Source: a virus
Taxonomy: Duplodnaviria > Caudoviricetes
Reading direction: 5' to 3' (one strand)
IMG/VR virus record: IMGVR_UViG_3300005602_000004
Coordinates: 1-54,410 of that record
Length of the DNA stretch: 54,410 nucleotides
Positions 17,527 to 27,869 of this stretch are shown piece by piece. The notes under the pieces are model-generated. The model did no database searches, was not told where the DNA came from, and saw only the letters and a list, made by a program, of their open reading frames with translations. The position numbers and the translations under genes are program-made. Position 1 is the stretch's first letter, and the number at the start of each line of letters is the position of its first letter.

Positions 17527-17739
17527 ATGGGCACTGAACATAATGGTCGAAACGACCAAATCGATGTTGAGCAGATCGACCGAAACATTCTGACAACCGA
17601 AGACTCGACGCTAGAATCGCCATGGAACGAAGAGGTTATGTCAGGCGACGCAGATTGGGGACCGCAACTTTTCAACCAAATGCCAGAGGATCGAGTCGGT
17701 TTTATGACTAATGGTAGGAATCGGAGGGACCGGCGATAG
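17527..17739 (+). CDS. small acidic protein of the head region
   Basis: SD GGAGG; MGTEHNGRND... Confidence 0.6.
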   Translation: MGTEHNGRNDQIDVEQIDRNILTTEDSTLESPWNEEVMSGDADWGPQLFNQMPEDRVGFMTNGRNRRDRR

Positions 17740-18172
17740 TGCGATGTTCAATGCCATGACAAGTCGAACAGAGCCAAATTACATCGAGCGGGGAATTGTA
17801 TCCTCGGTGATGATGGCCGTGTGGTTTGCATTCCTTCAGACATTTCGAGCATTGATTAGGACGCACTACCAATCCTTTTCGGATGGCATCGAAAAGAGCC
17901 TTGCGAGCCTTTCTCTTCTCTGGATAGTAAATTGGTTTATTCCTGTCAATTTCACGCGCCTTTTCTGGGTTCTTAAGTCGCCATTCTCGGGAGCATTCTC
18001 TCAGATAATCGGCATGATCGATGTAATAGCGGTGCTGATATCCCTCCGCATTCTGTGTGTATTGTTTGAGTTTTTCCGGGTGTTCGCTACGCCATTGTAT
18101 TTGCCATTGGCGGCATTTTTCTCGGTTTTTGGAGCGCCATTCCCGGAGGTATTCAGCTTTTGAGTTGGGCAT
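17708..18172 (-). CDS. HNH homing endonuclease, inserted antisense to the head operon
   Basis: CSKC...HGHH..Y..PLDVIWLCSTCH; TAGAAT-N5-ATG suggests a leaderless start. Confidence 0.85.
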   Translation of the reverse strand: MPNSKAEYLREWRSKNREKCRQWQIQWRSEHPEKLKQYTQNAEGYQHRYYIDHADYLRECSREWRLKNPEKAREIDRNKPIYYPEKRKARKALFDAIRKGLVVRPNQCSKCLKECKPHGHHHRGYNSPLDVIWLCSTCHGIEHRTIAGPSDSYH

Positions 18173-18204
18173 GAGGGATTCTACAGCAAAAGGAAGGAAA
18201 CACA

Positions 18205-18393
18205 ATGGCCAAGGGAAACCACTTTGACATCTATGATACGCCCTACGAGACGCAACCTCCGAAGGGTTCTGCGGAAGGCACTATCGACTACGGTGGTGTA
18301 GCCGAGGTTGCGGATGATGCTCGCACCGATCCCTTGGGCGTGTTGCCCAAGGATGCGAAGCCGCGAAACATCGGGCCTAGCTCGAAGGAGTAA
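18205..18393 (+). CDS. small head-region protein
   Basis: SD AAGGA; 62 aa. Confidence 0.65.
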   Translation: MAKGNHFDIYDTPYETQPPKGSAEGTIDYGGVAEVADDARTDPLGVLPKDAKPRNIGPSSKE

Positions 18394-18398
18394 TGTGA

Positions 18399-18812
18399 GT
18401 GGCTTCTCCTCCAAATCCGCTAGGCGGTGGTGCCCCTCCGGGTGGAGGGATGCTCTCGACCATCCTCGGGGCGCTATCGAATCGAGCCTCGACGAATCCA
18501 GGGCAGGATTTGTCTCAACAGTCGGCGGCATTACAAGGTGCCGACCCTTCGATGGTTTTGCGTCAACTCGAACAGGTCAATCAGGTGCTCGGGGTATTGT
18601 TCGTCAAGACGTTCCAAAGTCTGCCGAACATGGCGAATCAGATCAGCGCCACGATGAAGGCGCTATCCAGAGCGATTAAGGAAGGGCAACAGGCCAGTAA
18701 TGTAACCGAGGCGGTCAGCAAGAACGAGGAAGGATCGAGTCAGCCGCCGATCAATTTCAGTGCAGTGAGTCAAGGGCAGGTTCCTGGTGCCGACCAGGGT
18801 GCGACAACTTAA
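18399..18812 (+). CDS. hypothetical head-region protein
   Basis: SD AAGGAG; rich in P, G and Q; precedes the scaffold gene. Confidence 0.7.
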   Translation: MASPPNPLGGGAPPGGGMLSTILGALSNRASTNPGQDLSQQSAALQGADPSMVLRQLEQVNQVLGVLFVKTFQSLPNMANQISATMKALSRAIKEGQQASNVTEAVSKNEEGSSQPPINFSAVSQGQVPGADQGATT

Positions 18813-18830
18813 AAGGAGAAAACTGATTTT

Positions 18831-19634
18831 ATGGATGACATCAAGAAGTTCCTCGAAGACAAGCAGAACCATCCCGACAATACCCCTGTACGGATTGGGG
18901 ATACCGAGATTCCACTAGGTTCGCTTCGGCAATTGAATGCTTCGGAGCGACAGACACTTTCGGAAAGACTCAAGGGGATCGAAACTAAGGAAACGGAGCT
19001 TAATCAGCGGCAGGCGCAGGTTGTCGATCTCGCGCAGAAGGCGCAGCAGGCGTATAACGCCGCCGAAGAAGCCAGAAAAGTGGCGACGACGCGGCAGGCC
19101 GATCCTGGAAGCGATCCGTTCAACGATCCGTGGCTTCAACCAGTTAAAACGGCGCTATCGGAGCGGGACAAGAAGCTCGAAGAGTTCTCGAATATGGTCA
19201 AGGGCCTGCAATCGACTATCGGGCAGGCCGCTACGATTTGGGCACAGGATCGATGGGACCGGGAGTACGACTCGCTCAATTTTGGGAAGCGCGAAAAGAA
19301 GCCCACTCGGGATGAACTCCTGAAGTTTGCCCAAGAGCAGAAGCTTGTGGATCGGCACGGAATGCCATCGGTTCGAGAAGCATGGAACAAGATGTCGGAG
19401 GCGGATCGGCTAGAGGAAGCCCGGAAGGAAGCCATTGAAAAGGGTCGGGAAGAGGGCCGAATGGAAGCGATGGCCGCTCGTGTGACGGCTCCCGGCGTAT
19501 CTGGAATGGGGCAAGCGCCGATGGGTAAGGAAAAGCCGATCACTCCGAATACCGACATTCTCGGAGATTTGTACGGGGACGCAATTAAGGACCCCGAACT
19601 TAGGGCACTGATCGAACAGTCTGGTGTCGTGTAG
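18831..19634 (+). CDS. capsid scaffolding protein
   Basis: charged coiled-coil protein directly before the capsid gene; SD AAGGAG. Confidence 0.75.
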   Translation: MDDIKKFLEDKQNHPDNTPVRIGDTEIPLGSLRQLNASERQTLSERLKGIETKETELNQRQAQVVDLAQKAQQAYNAAEEARKVATTRQADPGSDPFNDPWLQPVKTALSERDKKLEEFSNMVKGLQSTIGQAATIWAQDRWDREYDSLNFGKREKKPTRDELLKFAQEQKLVDRHGMPSVREAWNKMSEADRLEEARKEAIEKGREEGRMEAMAARVTAPGVSGMGQAPMGKEKPITPNTDILGDLYGDAIKDPELRALIEQSGVV

Positions 19635-19650
19635 ACAAAAGGAGCCTTAA

Positions 19651-20655
19651 ATGGCGTTTACAGTCGGAACTGGCGTTAATCAACCCAGCGCGTTGCTGGT
19701 CAACACGCTTCAGTCGATCTCGCAGAAGATGATTTATCCGAAGGTTGCGGACCTCGTGTTCCAACCATCGCCGACATTCTCTTTCTTGAACCAGTATGCC
19801 AAGAAATACAATGCCGGAGCCGAAATCGTCTATCCCCTCCTCACGACCAAGATTACGACTCGCGGCTCCTACTGGGGCGACCAGCTTTTGCCGACCTCGG
19901 CAATAGACGCGATTCAACCGGCTGACCAAGTGTGGCGTGGCTATTTCCAAGCAACCACACTGCCGGTCATGGACATCGTGATCGGGCGCGGCGGGCCGGT
20001 AGGTCTCGATCTCGTGAAGACCTATGTACAGGCTGCCGCTGGTTCGATGCTCGACATGCTAGCCGAAGCGGTAGCCGGTAACGCGCCATTTAACTCAGCG
20101 ACCGACCTCGATTCGATCAATGCCTGGGTGCTACAAACCACGAATACGATTGCCGGGATCAACCGCACGACGAGCACGTTCTGGCAGCCACAGCCGAATC
20201 AGCCCATCTCCGGCCACTTGACCCCGATCAAGTTGCTTCCGGCCTACTTCCTGACGACCTATGGTTACGACGAGCCGAACCTGCTCATCCTGAACAACAC
20301 GGATTTTGCGAACTTCGAAGGGCAATTCACGCAAAACTCGAACGCAGCGGCTTCGACAACCATCATCCGCGCTACCGACAACTATGCGGATACGGCCCCA
20401 ATCCAGACTTCGTTCCGGTATCACATGCGGTTCAAGAATGCCGTTGTGCTTGCGGATCAGCACTTCCCGGCAGGGACGGGATACCTGTTGAACACTAAGT
20501 ACATATGGATGGTGTATAACATGGGTTCATATTTCAGAATGACCCCTTGGATAATGCCGTCCAATCAGGATGTTATCACATCGCGCATTCATCTGATTTG
20601 CCAACTCGGATGTAATAGGCCGATTGGTCAAGTGGCGTTGACGTTACTATCGTAA
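19651..20655 (+). CDS. major capsid protein
   Basis: 334 aa; position after the scaffold; DLVF..SP.F, G..I.YP, IAGINRTT.TFW and YLLNTKY motifs. Confidence 0.85.
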   Translation: MAFTVGTGVNQPSALLVNTLQSISQKMIYPKVADLVFQPSPTFSFLNQYAKKYNAGAEIVYPLLTTKITTRGSYWGDQLLPTSAIDAIQPADQVWRGYFQATTLPVMDIVIGRGGPVGLDLVKTYVQAAAGSMLDMLAEAVAGNAPFNSATDLDSINAWVLQTTNTIAGINRTTSTFWQPQPNQPISGHLTPIKLLPAYFLTTYGYDEPNLLILNNTDFANFEGQFTQNSNAAASTTIIRATDNYADTAPIQTSFRYHMRFKNAVVLADQHFPAGTGYLLNTKYIWMVYNMGSYFRMTPWIMPSNQDVITSRIHLICQLGCNRPIGQVALTLLS

Positions 20656-20681
20656 CGCGACGGGGTTGTTGGTAAAATGCA

Positions 20682-21179
20682 ATGATGGAACCAACACAGA
20701 TCGACTGGGCACGGCTCGCGGCTTTCATCGACGGCGAAGGGACGATTGTGATTAAGCCATATTTAGTGAAATATACACAATTGTTCGTTCGTATTGCCAA
20801 TACTGATCCCCGCCTTCCCTTGTGGTGCAGGAAATGTTTTGATCACGGGAAGGTATATGCCAGCGACAGTCAATCCAGGAAATTTCCTGGCCGCATGAGG
20901 GTGTATACATGGATTGTTCAGTCAAAAAAGGCAGAATTAATTCTCCGTGGATGCCTGCCGTATTTCATCCTAAAGAAGGAGCAGGCGGAGATTGCGCTGG
21001 CGTATCGAGAAACATTCAATCACATTAAGGGTAATACGCCATTGCAGGAACTTACTCCAGCTAGGTACGCTCTCAGGGAGCATTATAGGCAGGAACTGAG
21101 CCGTATAAAGAAAGAGCTTCCGCAACATGCGTTCGTGGGCGCACCAGAGCCGCCGAATCCGAAGGAAACGATTCAGTAA
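20682..21179 (+). CDS. free-standing single-motif LAGLIDADG homing endonuclease
   Basis: WARLAAFIDGEGTI, IANTD, LPYFILKKEQA; extended -10 TGGTAAAAT just upstream. Confidence 0.9.
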   Translation: MMEPTQIDWARLAAFIDGEGTIVIKPYLVKYTQLFVRIANTDPRLPLWCRKCFDHGKVYASDSQSRKFPGRMRVYTWIVQSKKAELILRGCLPYFILKKEQAEIALAYRETFNHIKGNTPLQELTPARYALREHYRQELSRIKKELPQHAFVGAPEPPNPKETIQ

Positions 21180-21194
21180 CACGAGGAGAGCAGA

Positions 21195-21701
21195 ATGGCG
21201 ATCAACATTTCGGTACAGCGCGTATTCCCCGGATTTGGGGCTACCAGCCTTCAATCGATTCAGATTGCGGCGGGGATCGCGGTCACTTCGGGGACGACCT
21301 ATTTTGTTCCCGGAACGAGCCTGAACAGCGTGGCGGGGCTACTTGTCCCGACGATCACTTGTGGCCGTGTCCGGGTGAAGATTTACAACGGCACCGGCAC
21401 GACTCCGACGCTGACGAAGCTGCAAGTCCAGGCTTTCGATAACACGAATACCGTTGTGATCGCCGACTGGAATCCGTCCACTGCCGCGACGCTCTCCTCG
21501 ACGAGTTGGTTCGATAGCTATGCCGATTTCGTTGTCGATACGGCTCCATCGACGATTTCTGGTGGAGCGGTTGGTTGGTTGATCGGCAGCGCGAGCGCCG
21601 TAACCGGCAATGGCGGCATTACGTCCCTAAAGGTTATTCCGACGCTCGGTGGAACTGGGCCGGGCGCAACGATGGACGTGGAAGTGTTCGGCCTGATCTA
21701 A
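21195..21701 (+). CDS. putative capsid decoration or minor virion protein
   Basis: beta-rich and T/G/S-rich; follows the capsid gene; followed by a hairpin. Confidence 0.55.
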   Translation: MAINISVQRVFPGFGATSLQSIQIAAGIAVTSGTTYFVPGTSLNSVAGLLVPTITCGRVRVKIYNGTGTTPTLTKLQVQAFDNTNTVVIADWNPSTAATLSSTSWFDSYADFVVDTAPSTISGGAVGWLIGSASAVTGNGGITSLKVIPTLGGTGPGATMDVEVFGLI

Positions 21702-21727
21702 AAACAAGTTTCTCCACTGGTCGGCAA

Positions 21728-21767
21728 CGGGCCGGGTCGGGCATCTCCCATGCTCGGTTCTGGCCCG
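21728..21767 (+). terminator. GC-rich hairpin after the head genes
   Basis: CGGGCCGGGTCGGGCAT/ATGCTCGGTTCTGGCCCG. Confidence 0.45.
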
Positions 21768-21785
21768 TACCAGTTTTAGGAGCAC

Positions 21786-23045
21786 ATGGCTACCACTCCT
21801 ATTGCGCTATTTACCGGGTCTCTGATCGGGGACGTTCTTATTCAGGCGCGAGAGACCGTTCCGGACATGCCCCCATCCCTCCCTGTCCCGATAGCAGCGG
21901 CAGTCGTAACGACTCCTGGTACTGGAACTCTTTCGGCAGGGACTTATTTTGTCGAAGTAACCCAATGGAATCAATGGGGAGAGACGCTTCCATCGACCGA
22001 ATCTTTGCAACTGACTGTGCTGGCAACGAATGGAATCCAGATCACTTCTGCCCTACAGGTCGGAGCGACGAAGATTCGGGCTTATCTAACTCAGGTGAAT
22101 GGACCATCGGGAAGCGAATCGCAGTACGTCGAATCGACCACTTCTCCGTTCACGATCCTTGTTAATCCGGTTCTGGCCGGGTCTCCTCCGGTACGTGGAA
22201 CGGCATGGCTGCCGGACTCGGACGGCGGTTTCATCTCGGCAGGAGCAATTTACCGCTGGCTGAATGCTGGTCTCGAACTCATTGCTCGTGGTACGGGAGG
22301 GTTTCAGGACTATTCAGCGGTGGGATCGACGATCAATCAACCGCTCTACCAGATTCCGGGGACGTGGAACGCGATCACGTCGATCTGGTATGACGGCTAC
22401 TGGATGCAGGGCGGCGATCCAGGCTATTTCTGGCGGCGCAACTCGATTACGAGCCAAGTTCTATCGAGCGCCCACGTATCGATCAGTTACGGGAAGACGG
22501 TTCTCGAAGTCTATCCGCAACCGACTCGAACTTCGATTGTGACGACGCTCTCGGCACCCATGCTTGCGACCGACACGACGGCGGCGCTTACAAACTCTAG
22601 TTTCACGCTGCCATTCGGATTCGTCTCGGTCGGTTCCGAGATTATGGCCTACGCGACGATTACCGCTGGCAGCCTGACCGGACTCATTCGCGGCATCGGT
22701 GGAACGACTGCCATCGCGCACACAACGAGCGAAGCGGTCATTGAATGCAATATCGCTTGGATGGGGAAACGGCAATCGAATCAGACCTACACTCCTGGGC
22801 AATCGACGTTAACGCTTCCTGTGACAAACGGATGGGACCAGCTTCTCGTCCAGTATATTGCCGGTCGAGCGAAGATCGTCGAGCATGACATGCAGTCGAT
22901 GCAGGCATTCAATTCGGACATGGAAAAATCGATCAAGGGATGGGCACAGACAACGAATACGGTGGTGCGCCGGAGGCAGGTGGGCGGCAATAACAGCCCG
23001 GTTGTGTACTACGGCGATCAGGCGGGAGGTCTAATCGTTCCCTAA
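21786..23045 (+). CDS. head-tail adaptor (tail tubular A-like) with inserted beta domains
   Basis: position; RWLNAGLELI, LEVYPQP and LLVQYIAGRA adaptor-like segments; Fn3-like insert. Confidence 0.6.
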   Translation: MATTPIALFTGSLIGDVLIQARETVPDMPPSLPVPIAAAVVTTPGTGTLSAGTYFVEVTQWNQWGETLPSTESLQLTVLATNGIQITSALQVGATKIRAYLTQVNGPSGSESQYVESTTSPFTILVNPVLAGSPPVRGTAWLPDSDGGFISAGAIYRWLNAGLELIARGTGGFQDYSAVGSTINQPLYQIPGTWNAITSIWYDGYWMQGGDPGYFWRRNSITSQVLSSAHVSISYGKTVLEVYPQPTRTSIVTTLSAPMLATDTTAALTNSSFTLPFGFVSVGSEIMAYATITAGSLTGLIRGIGGTTAIAHTTSEAVIECNIAWMGKRQSNQTYTPGQSTLTLPVTNGWDQLLVQYIAGRAKIVEHDMQSMQAFNSDMEKSIKGWAQTTNTVVRRRQVGGNNSPVVYYGDQAGGLIVP

Positions 23046-26000
23046 TGGCATACGCCGCGCAGTCCCAAGGACCTTGGCTCAAGGGGCTATTTGCCTCGAA
23101 TCAGCCGCTTACGCAACCGAAGGGATCGTTCCCTCGCGGGTCGAATCTTGTTTTGATGGAGCGTGGCGCTCTGACTCCGTGCGATGGCTCGGGGATTATC
23201 AACGCTTTTGGCGGAACTTCTCCCAGCAATCAAGGTAAATTCCTCGATATATTCCTATTCGAGCCTACCGGCGTAACCCCTTATTATCTTGCATTGCAGA
23301 GAGCGCCTGCGCATTTGGGGGCACCGGCAGGACTCGTAGCGACTTTGGCCGCAGGAGGAAGCCTGACCTCGGGGACGACGTACTACTATGTTGTGACTTC
23401 AATCGATGGGACGGGCGGGGAATCGGTAGCTTCGAGCGAGGTAAGTGCGACACCTTCGGCTGGCAATCTATCGGTCAAACTGACTTGGAATACGGTTCCG
23501 AATGCCTTTGGATACAATATTTACCGCTCAACCTCTCCGGGAGCGGAAATCAAACTCGTTGCTGCTGGTCTGCCTGTCCTTCAACCGTCCACGGCAACCA
23601 CAACCTTCACGGATACAGGCATTGTTTCGTTTACGACATTGACCTTCACGAACGTCTCGGCGGTAGGATCGACGAGCGGCGGGCAGAACTACATTCAGTT
23701 CACGCTTGCGGGATCGCAGACGTTTCCTTCTGGATCGATTATCGGATTGCCGCTCACAGCCACACTCTTTGTGCCGACTGGATTCAATGGTAGTTGGACA
23801 GTTTTCAGTCAGCCCGCACCTAATTCCGTCATCGTGCAGGGTGGTCCGGGTTCCGGCTCAACGGCTGGATCGAACATCTCGATTGGGCCGTTCAATGCCG
23901 GATCGGGCAGTAGTTTTACAGGGATCAACGTAGCATGGTCTAATCCTAATAATGTTACCAATGGCGGTGGAGGGAGTTTCGCAATTGCGAATGTCACACC
24001 GTCGAATCCAACGACCAATTTTCTTGGCGCAGCTAATTTCAGTGGATTTTCAGCCATTCCGATAGGCGCAGCTATCCTCGGAATCCAGATGGACATACAT
24101 CGCAAGGTTGCCCCTGCTGGTGCTGGTCTCGTGCAAGATGTTGGAGTTTTTCTAACGAAAGCGGGAGTTATTACTGGGTCGGATCATTCCTCCGGTACGC
24201 CGTGGCCGACGACGGCGGCATGGGTGCCGTACGGAGGTCCTACGGACCTTTGGGGCGCGGCGTGGACCGATACAGACATCAAAAACTCTGGATTCGGTGG
24301 AGGAACGACGGCGGAATATTTCGGTAGTTTGCTCAAATCAATTAATCCCGCCGTGGACGGCATTCGAATCACTGTTTGGTACTCGTCCGGTACTGGAGGA
24401 ACGCTCGTATTATCAAATACTTCCGCCGTTTCAAACCCTCCTACGATAGACACGACGACGCAGACAGTGCTCTTCAAAATGCCGAATTCCGGTGGACTGC
24501 CGATTCCCTATTCCTTCGCAAATGCCGTGGCTTACTATCCATCTGCCGAGGTTTCTCTTGGGACGCCTCCTTCGGGTGGTTCCGGTGGAAGCGGAACCAC
24601 TGGCCCTGGTACGCTTACGAATTCGACGAGTTCTACTCCTTCCGGTGGGATTATTGGATTGGTTGGACCGCTTCCCCAATTCAAGCAATTCACGAACCGC
24701 GTCATTATTGCTCTCGGAAATGGCTTTCCGATGCAAATTTATTGGGACCCTACAGGAACCGCCGTAAATCCTGCCCCGACCGGAACTATTGCGTCGGTTG
24801 TTAAAACGGGCGACCTAGTAACCGTAACGGTTTCGGGGGTCACTCTCAATGCCACAAATCCGAATGCTGTCGCTCCAGACCAATTCTTCCCCGTAGGAGC
24901 GAATGTAGTGCTTTCGAATATGTCGGACCCAACGTATAACGGGGCATTCGTAGTGATTTCCGTGCCTTCGGCAACGACTTTCGTAATCCGGAATCCATTG
25001 GCTTCGGGTGGTCCATCTACTGGTACATTTACGATCTCAACCACGCCGATTACGCCCGCCGATGAAAACTTCATCCCGGCATATCCGGTATGGACTGCTT
25101 CCACAGCTTATGCGGTAGGAGACATCATCGTTCCAGCAACGCAACCGCCGAAACCGATTTACGTAACCGTTCTTCAGGCTGGAACTTCAGGTTCAAGTGA
25201 ACCGGGATGGAATACCCCGCAACCAACCATCGGTGAGCAGTTCAAAGACAACAACATCATCTGGACGGTGACGGCTCTACTAAACAGCGCTGCACCACCG
25301 CCTCCTGGAGCCGGTCACATTGAAATTTATGCGGGATCACTGTGGGTGTTCAATACGTGGCCGATCAATACAGCAAATGGTCTAGATGGACCGACATCTC
25401 TTCGAATGTCGAATCTCAATAACCCTTTCGGCTGGAATCCGGTCAATCAAGCATTCCTCGATAAAGACGATGGCGCGGAGGGCATGGGACTCGGGAAGTT
25501 TACGATCACGGCGCAAGGTATTCCCCCCGAAGGCTCGTTGATCGCATTCAAGTACCGAGTCCCATATCAATTGATCGGAGTGTTCGGGGCGAATAACTTC
25601 GCAATTCAGCCGGTATCGAGCGATATGGGATGTCTCGCTCCCCGTTCGATCCAGTTTATTGCCGGAAACGGCCTCGTACGGTACACCCACCTCGGGATTG
25701 CGACTTTCGATGGTTGGCGGGATCAGGTGATCAGTGAGCAGATTCGTCCATTTATCTTTCCGGTGAACGATTTCGACGTTCAGGACATTGTGGTTGCCGA
25801 TGCAAACTACTTGCCGCTTTCATGGGGAGCACAGACAGCGAACCCGCCCATGTATACATTTGCGATGCCGATTGGAAACAGCGGCGGTCAACTGACCCGA
25901 ATCATGCTATACGATTTAATTCTGAAGTGTTGGGCGGCTCCGGTTGATTTGCCATTCCCGATTGGGTGCATGGTTCAGGTGCAGCCGGTCACGTCGAATC

Positions 26001-26428
26001 CGCTCACGATTATTGGCGGGTTTAATGACGGTTGCCTTCAACGCTGGCAGGCGGGCGATGTGCTTTGGTATACGGGCGGGGGCGCTGCCCAAATGGAGGT
26101 CGCATGGTCGGTTCGGACATCGACAATGGCCTCGCAGAATTCGAGTCAACGGCTATGGGCACGGAAACTGGTGATTCGAGGGACAGGATCGAATGTCGAT
26201 ACCGACCCGGCTATCGTGATGAACGTGCAAATCCGGCAAAGCGGGATCGTGAAGTCATCGATCAATTACACGGCCTCGAATCAAGGGGATTTCGATATTT
26301 TCGCCGACATTGGGCTGACGGGATTGCGGTTCGATGCCGTGATTAGCGGAACAGATCACTTAGAGCTTGACGGGTGGGATTGGGCGGTCGAACCGAGGCC
26401 GTTCGGTGTTCCGGTGCAGGCGGTATGA
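23045..26428 (+). CDS. tail nozzle (tail tubular B-like) with inserted Fn3/carbohydrate-binding-like domains
   Basis: 1127 aa; C-terminal GCLAPRSI...ISEQIRP propeller-like motifs; TYYYVVT..GES..S.E and WTASTAYAVGD inserts. Confidence 0.7.
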   Translation: MAYAAQSQGPWLKGLFASNQPLTQPKGSFPRGSNLVLMERGALTPCDGSGIINAFGGTSPSNQGKFLDIFLFEPTGVTPYYLALQRAPAHLGAPAGLVATLAAGGSLTSGTTYYYVVTSIDGTGGESVASSEVSATPSAGNLSVKLTWNTVPNAFGYNIYRSTSPGAEIKLVAAGLPVLQPSTATTTFTDTGIVSFTTLTFTNVSAVGSTSGGQNYIQFTLAGSQTFPSGSIIGLPLTATLFVPTGFNGSWTVFSQPAPNSVIVQGGPGSGSTAGSNISIGPFNAGSGSSFTGINVAWSNPNNVTNGGGGSFAIANVTPSNPTTNFLGAANFSGFSAIPIGAAILGIQMDIHRKVAPAGAGLVQDVGVFLTKAGVITGSDHSSGTPWPTTAAWVPYGGPTDLWGAAWTDTDIKNSGFGGGTTAEYFGSLLKSINPAVDGIRITVWYSSGTGGTLVLSNTSAVSNPPTIDTTTQTVLFKMPNSGGLPIPYSFANAVAYYPSAEVSLGTPPSGGSGGSGTTGPGTLTNSTSSTPSGGIIGLVGPLPQFKQFTNRVIIALGNGFPMQIYWDPTGTAVNPAPTGTIASVVKTGDLVTVTVSGVTLNATNPNAVAPDQFFPVGANVVLSNMSDPTYNGAFVVISVPSATTFVIRNPLASGGPSTGTFTISTTPITPADENFIPAYPVWTASTAYAVGDIIVPATQPPKPIYVTVLQAGTSGSSEPGWNTPQPTIGEQFKDNNIIWTVTALLNSAAPPPPGAGHIEIYAGSLWVFNTWPINTANGLDGPTSLRMSNLNNPFGWNPVNQAFLDKDDGAEGMGLGKFTITAQGIPPEGSLIAFKYRVPYQLIGVFGANNFAIQPVSSDMGCLAPRSIQFIAGNGLVRYTHLGIATFDGWRDQVISEQIRPFIFPVNDFDVQDIVVADANYLPLSWGAQTANPPMYTFAMPIGNSGGQLTRIMLYDLILKCWAAPVDLPFPIGCMVQVQPVTSNPLTIIGGFNDGCLQRWQAGDVLWYTGGGAAQMEVAWSVRTSTMASQNSSQRLWARKLVIRGTGSNVDTDPAIVMNVQIRQSGIVKSSINYTASNQGDFDIFADIGLTGLRFDAVISGTDHLELDGWDWAVEPRPFGVPVQAV

Positions 26429-26817
26429 AGATTCGCACACTACGGGAAGACGAAACTTTTCCGCAGCACCTCGGGACGGGATTCGAGTCGATGCCGGTAA
26501 TGAAGTCCTATTGCTGGATTGCCGAGCATGAAGGCCGAATAGTCGGGATATTGATGGCTGCTCCGTGTCATGGACTTGTGTACATCGTACGTCTCCGGGT
26601 CGAGGAAATGGCACCGACTATCACGGCAGCACTTTTGTTCAGGAATTTCATCCGGGATGTGAAGCAGATGGGCTTTGTTGGGTATTTCACTCACGTTGAC
26701 CCATCGAGAGAGAGTGAACGGTCGATGATTCCGATTTGCCGGAAAGCGAAGGGACTGCAAATAGCGATGATGCAGATTCCGCTTGCCGGTTCAATTCAAG
26801 AGGCAGCGAGGTTCTAA
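26425..26817 (+). CDS. GNAT-like protein of the podoviral tail module
   Basis: MKIRTL..., WIAEHEGRIVGIL, L.V motifs; position after the nozzle gene. Confidence 0.6.
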   Translation: MKIRTLREDETFPQHLGTGFESMPVMKSYCWIAEHEGRIVGILMAAPCHGLVYIVRLRVEEMAPTITAALLFRNFIRDVKQMGFVGYFTHVDPSRESERSMIPICRKAKGLQIAMMQIPLAGSIQEAARF

Positions 26818-26821
26818 ATTT

Positions 26822-27253
26822 ATGCCATTTCTAGCGCCACTTGCAGCATTTTTGGCAGCCAATGCAGGTGCAATTGGGGCGGGGGCTTCGATTGCGGGAG
26901 CGGGCACGAGTATCGGAGAAGCGATAGCGAATTCAGGTGGTCCACCGAAACCAGGGGCACTTCCTGGTCCCACACCGCCGACTGCGGGTCAACTTCAAAC
27001 TGAGCGTGGTCTTGTGAGCCAACAGCTTCCGAACGTGATAGGAGCCACTTCGGGACTTGCGAATCCGGAATACGCCTCTTTAATGGCTCAGATTTTAGCT
27101 GGAACGCTTGGTCAACCGGGATCAACCGCTGCGGGCAATGCGGCAACGGGACAGAATTCTTCGAGTTTCACGCCTACGGGCACCAATCAGGCAACGAATG
27201 CAGCGATTCAAGGGAGTCCGATTCAGCTTTCGGACTTCGTGAATCAGATATAG
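26822..27253 (+). CDS. putative ejection/internal virion protein
   Basis: A/G-rich amphipathic N-terminus; position in the module. Confidence 0.6.
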   Translation: MPFLAPLAAFLAANAGAIGAGASIAGAGTSIGEAIANSGGPPKPGALPGPTPPTAGQLQTERGLVSQQLPNVIGATSGLANPEYASLMAQILAGTLGQPGSTAAGNAATGQNSSSFTPTGTNQATNAAIQGSPIQLSDFVNQI

Positions 27254-27260
27254 AGGCCGC

Positions 27261-27854
27261 ATGAGTGATTTTTTGGGGAGTATAGGCAATTTCTTCTCAA
27301 GTTCGGCAGGCAAAGGGGTCGAAACCCTAGCCGGTTTGGGAGCTACTGGTAGTGGTTTGGTCGGGAACTTGCTCGCCGACAAACAGCGTTCCGATGCGGC
27401 GAATCTTGCCAAAAAGAATGCGAATTTAACCCCCCAGCAACTCGGAGCAATGGTAACAGGAGCTACTCAGCCGCTCGACCGATCTCTTGTGCAAGCCATT
27501 ACCGGCAATGTTGATGCTTCGCTTGCCGAGCAAGGACTGTCGCAGGCTCCAGGACTCATTGCTACGGCTACATCTCAAGCACTAGCGCCATACCAACAAA
27601 TGAATCAACAAACCGCTCTCCAACTTGTGTTGCGTAAACTTGGCCTTCCTGCGGAGTACGCCGCTACAGTCCCTCAGAATGCCCAACTCGCTCCGCTGAT
27701 TGCGATGCTTTTTAAGGGTTTCGGAAATAATTCTACTCCTGCTCGGGGTGGAGCATTACCGGAAACAACTGGGCCAACGCTCGATCAGTTGGGCGCTCCA
27801 CCGACTTACGGTGATACGAGTGGTGATCCAAATAATTATGGGATCAATACATAA
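27261..27854 (+). CDS. putative ejection/internal virion protein
   Basis: A/G/Q-rich helical composition; position in the module. Confidence 0.6.
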   Translation: MSDFLGSIGNFFSSSAGKGVETLAGLGATGSGLVGNLLADKQRSDAANLAKKNANLTPQQLGAMVTGATQPLDRSLVQAITGNVDASLAEQGLSQAPGLIATATSQALAPYQQMNQQTALQLVLRKLGLPAEYAATVPQNAQLAPLIAMLFKGFGNNSTPARGGALPETTGPTLDQLGAPPTYGDTSGDPNNYGINT

Positions 27855-27869
27855 CATAGGCGGTGACTT

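Noticed and set aside
17711-18163. 150-aa hydrophobic plus-strand ORF resembling a membrane protein
   Set aside because: It is the antisense shadow of the Lys/Arg/Glu-rich HNH gene.
19651-21179. Group I intron or intein carrying the LAGLIDADG gene (likewise for the other endonucleases)
   Set aside because: Flanking genes are complete, and the spacers are too short to hold a ribozyme core.
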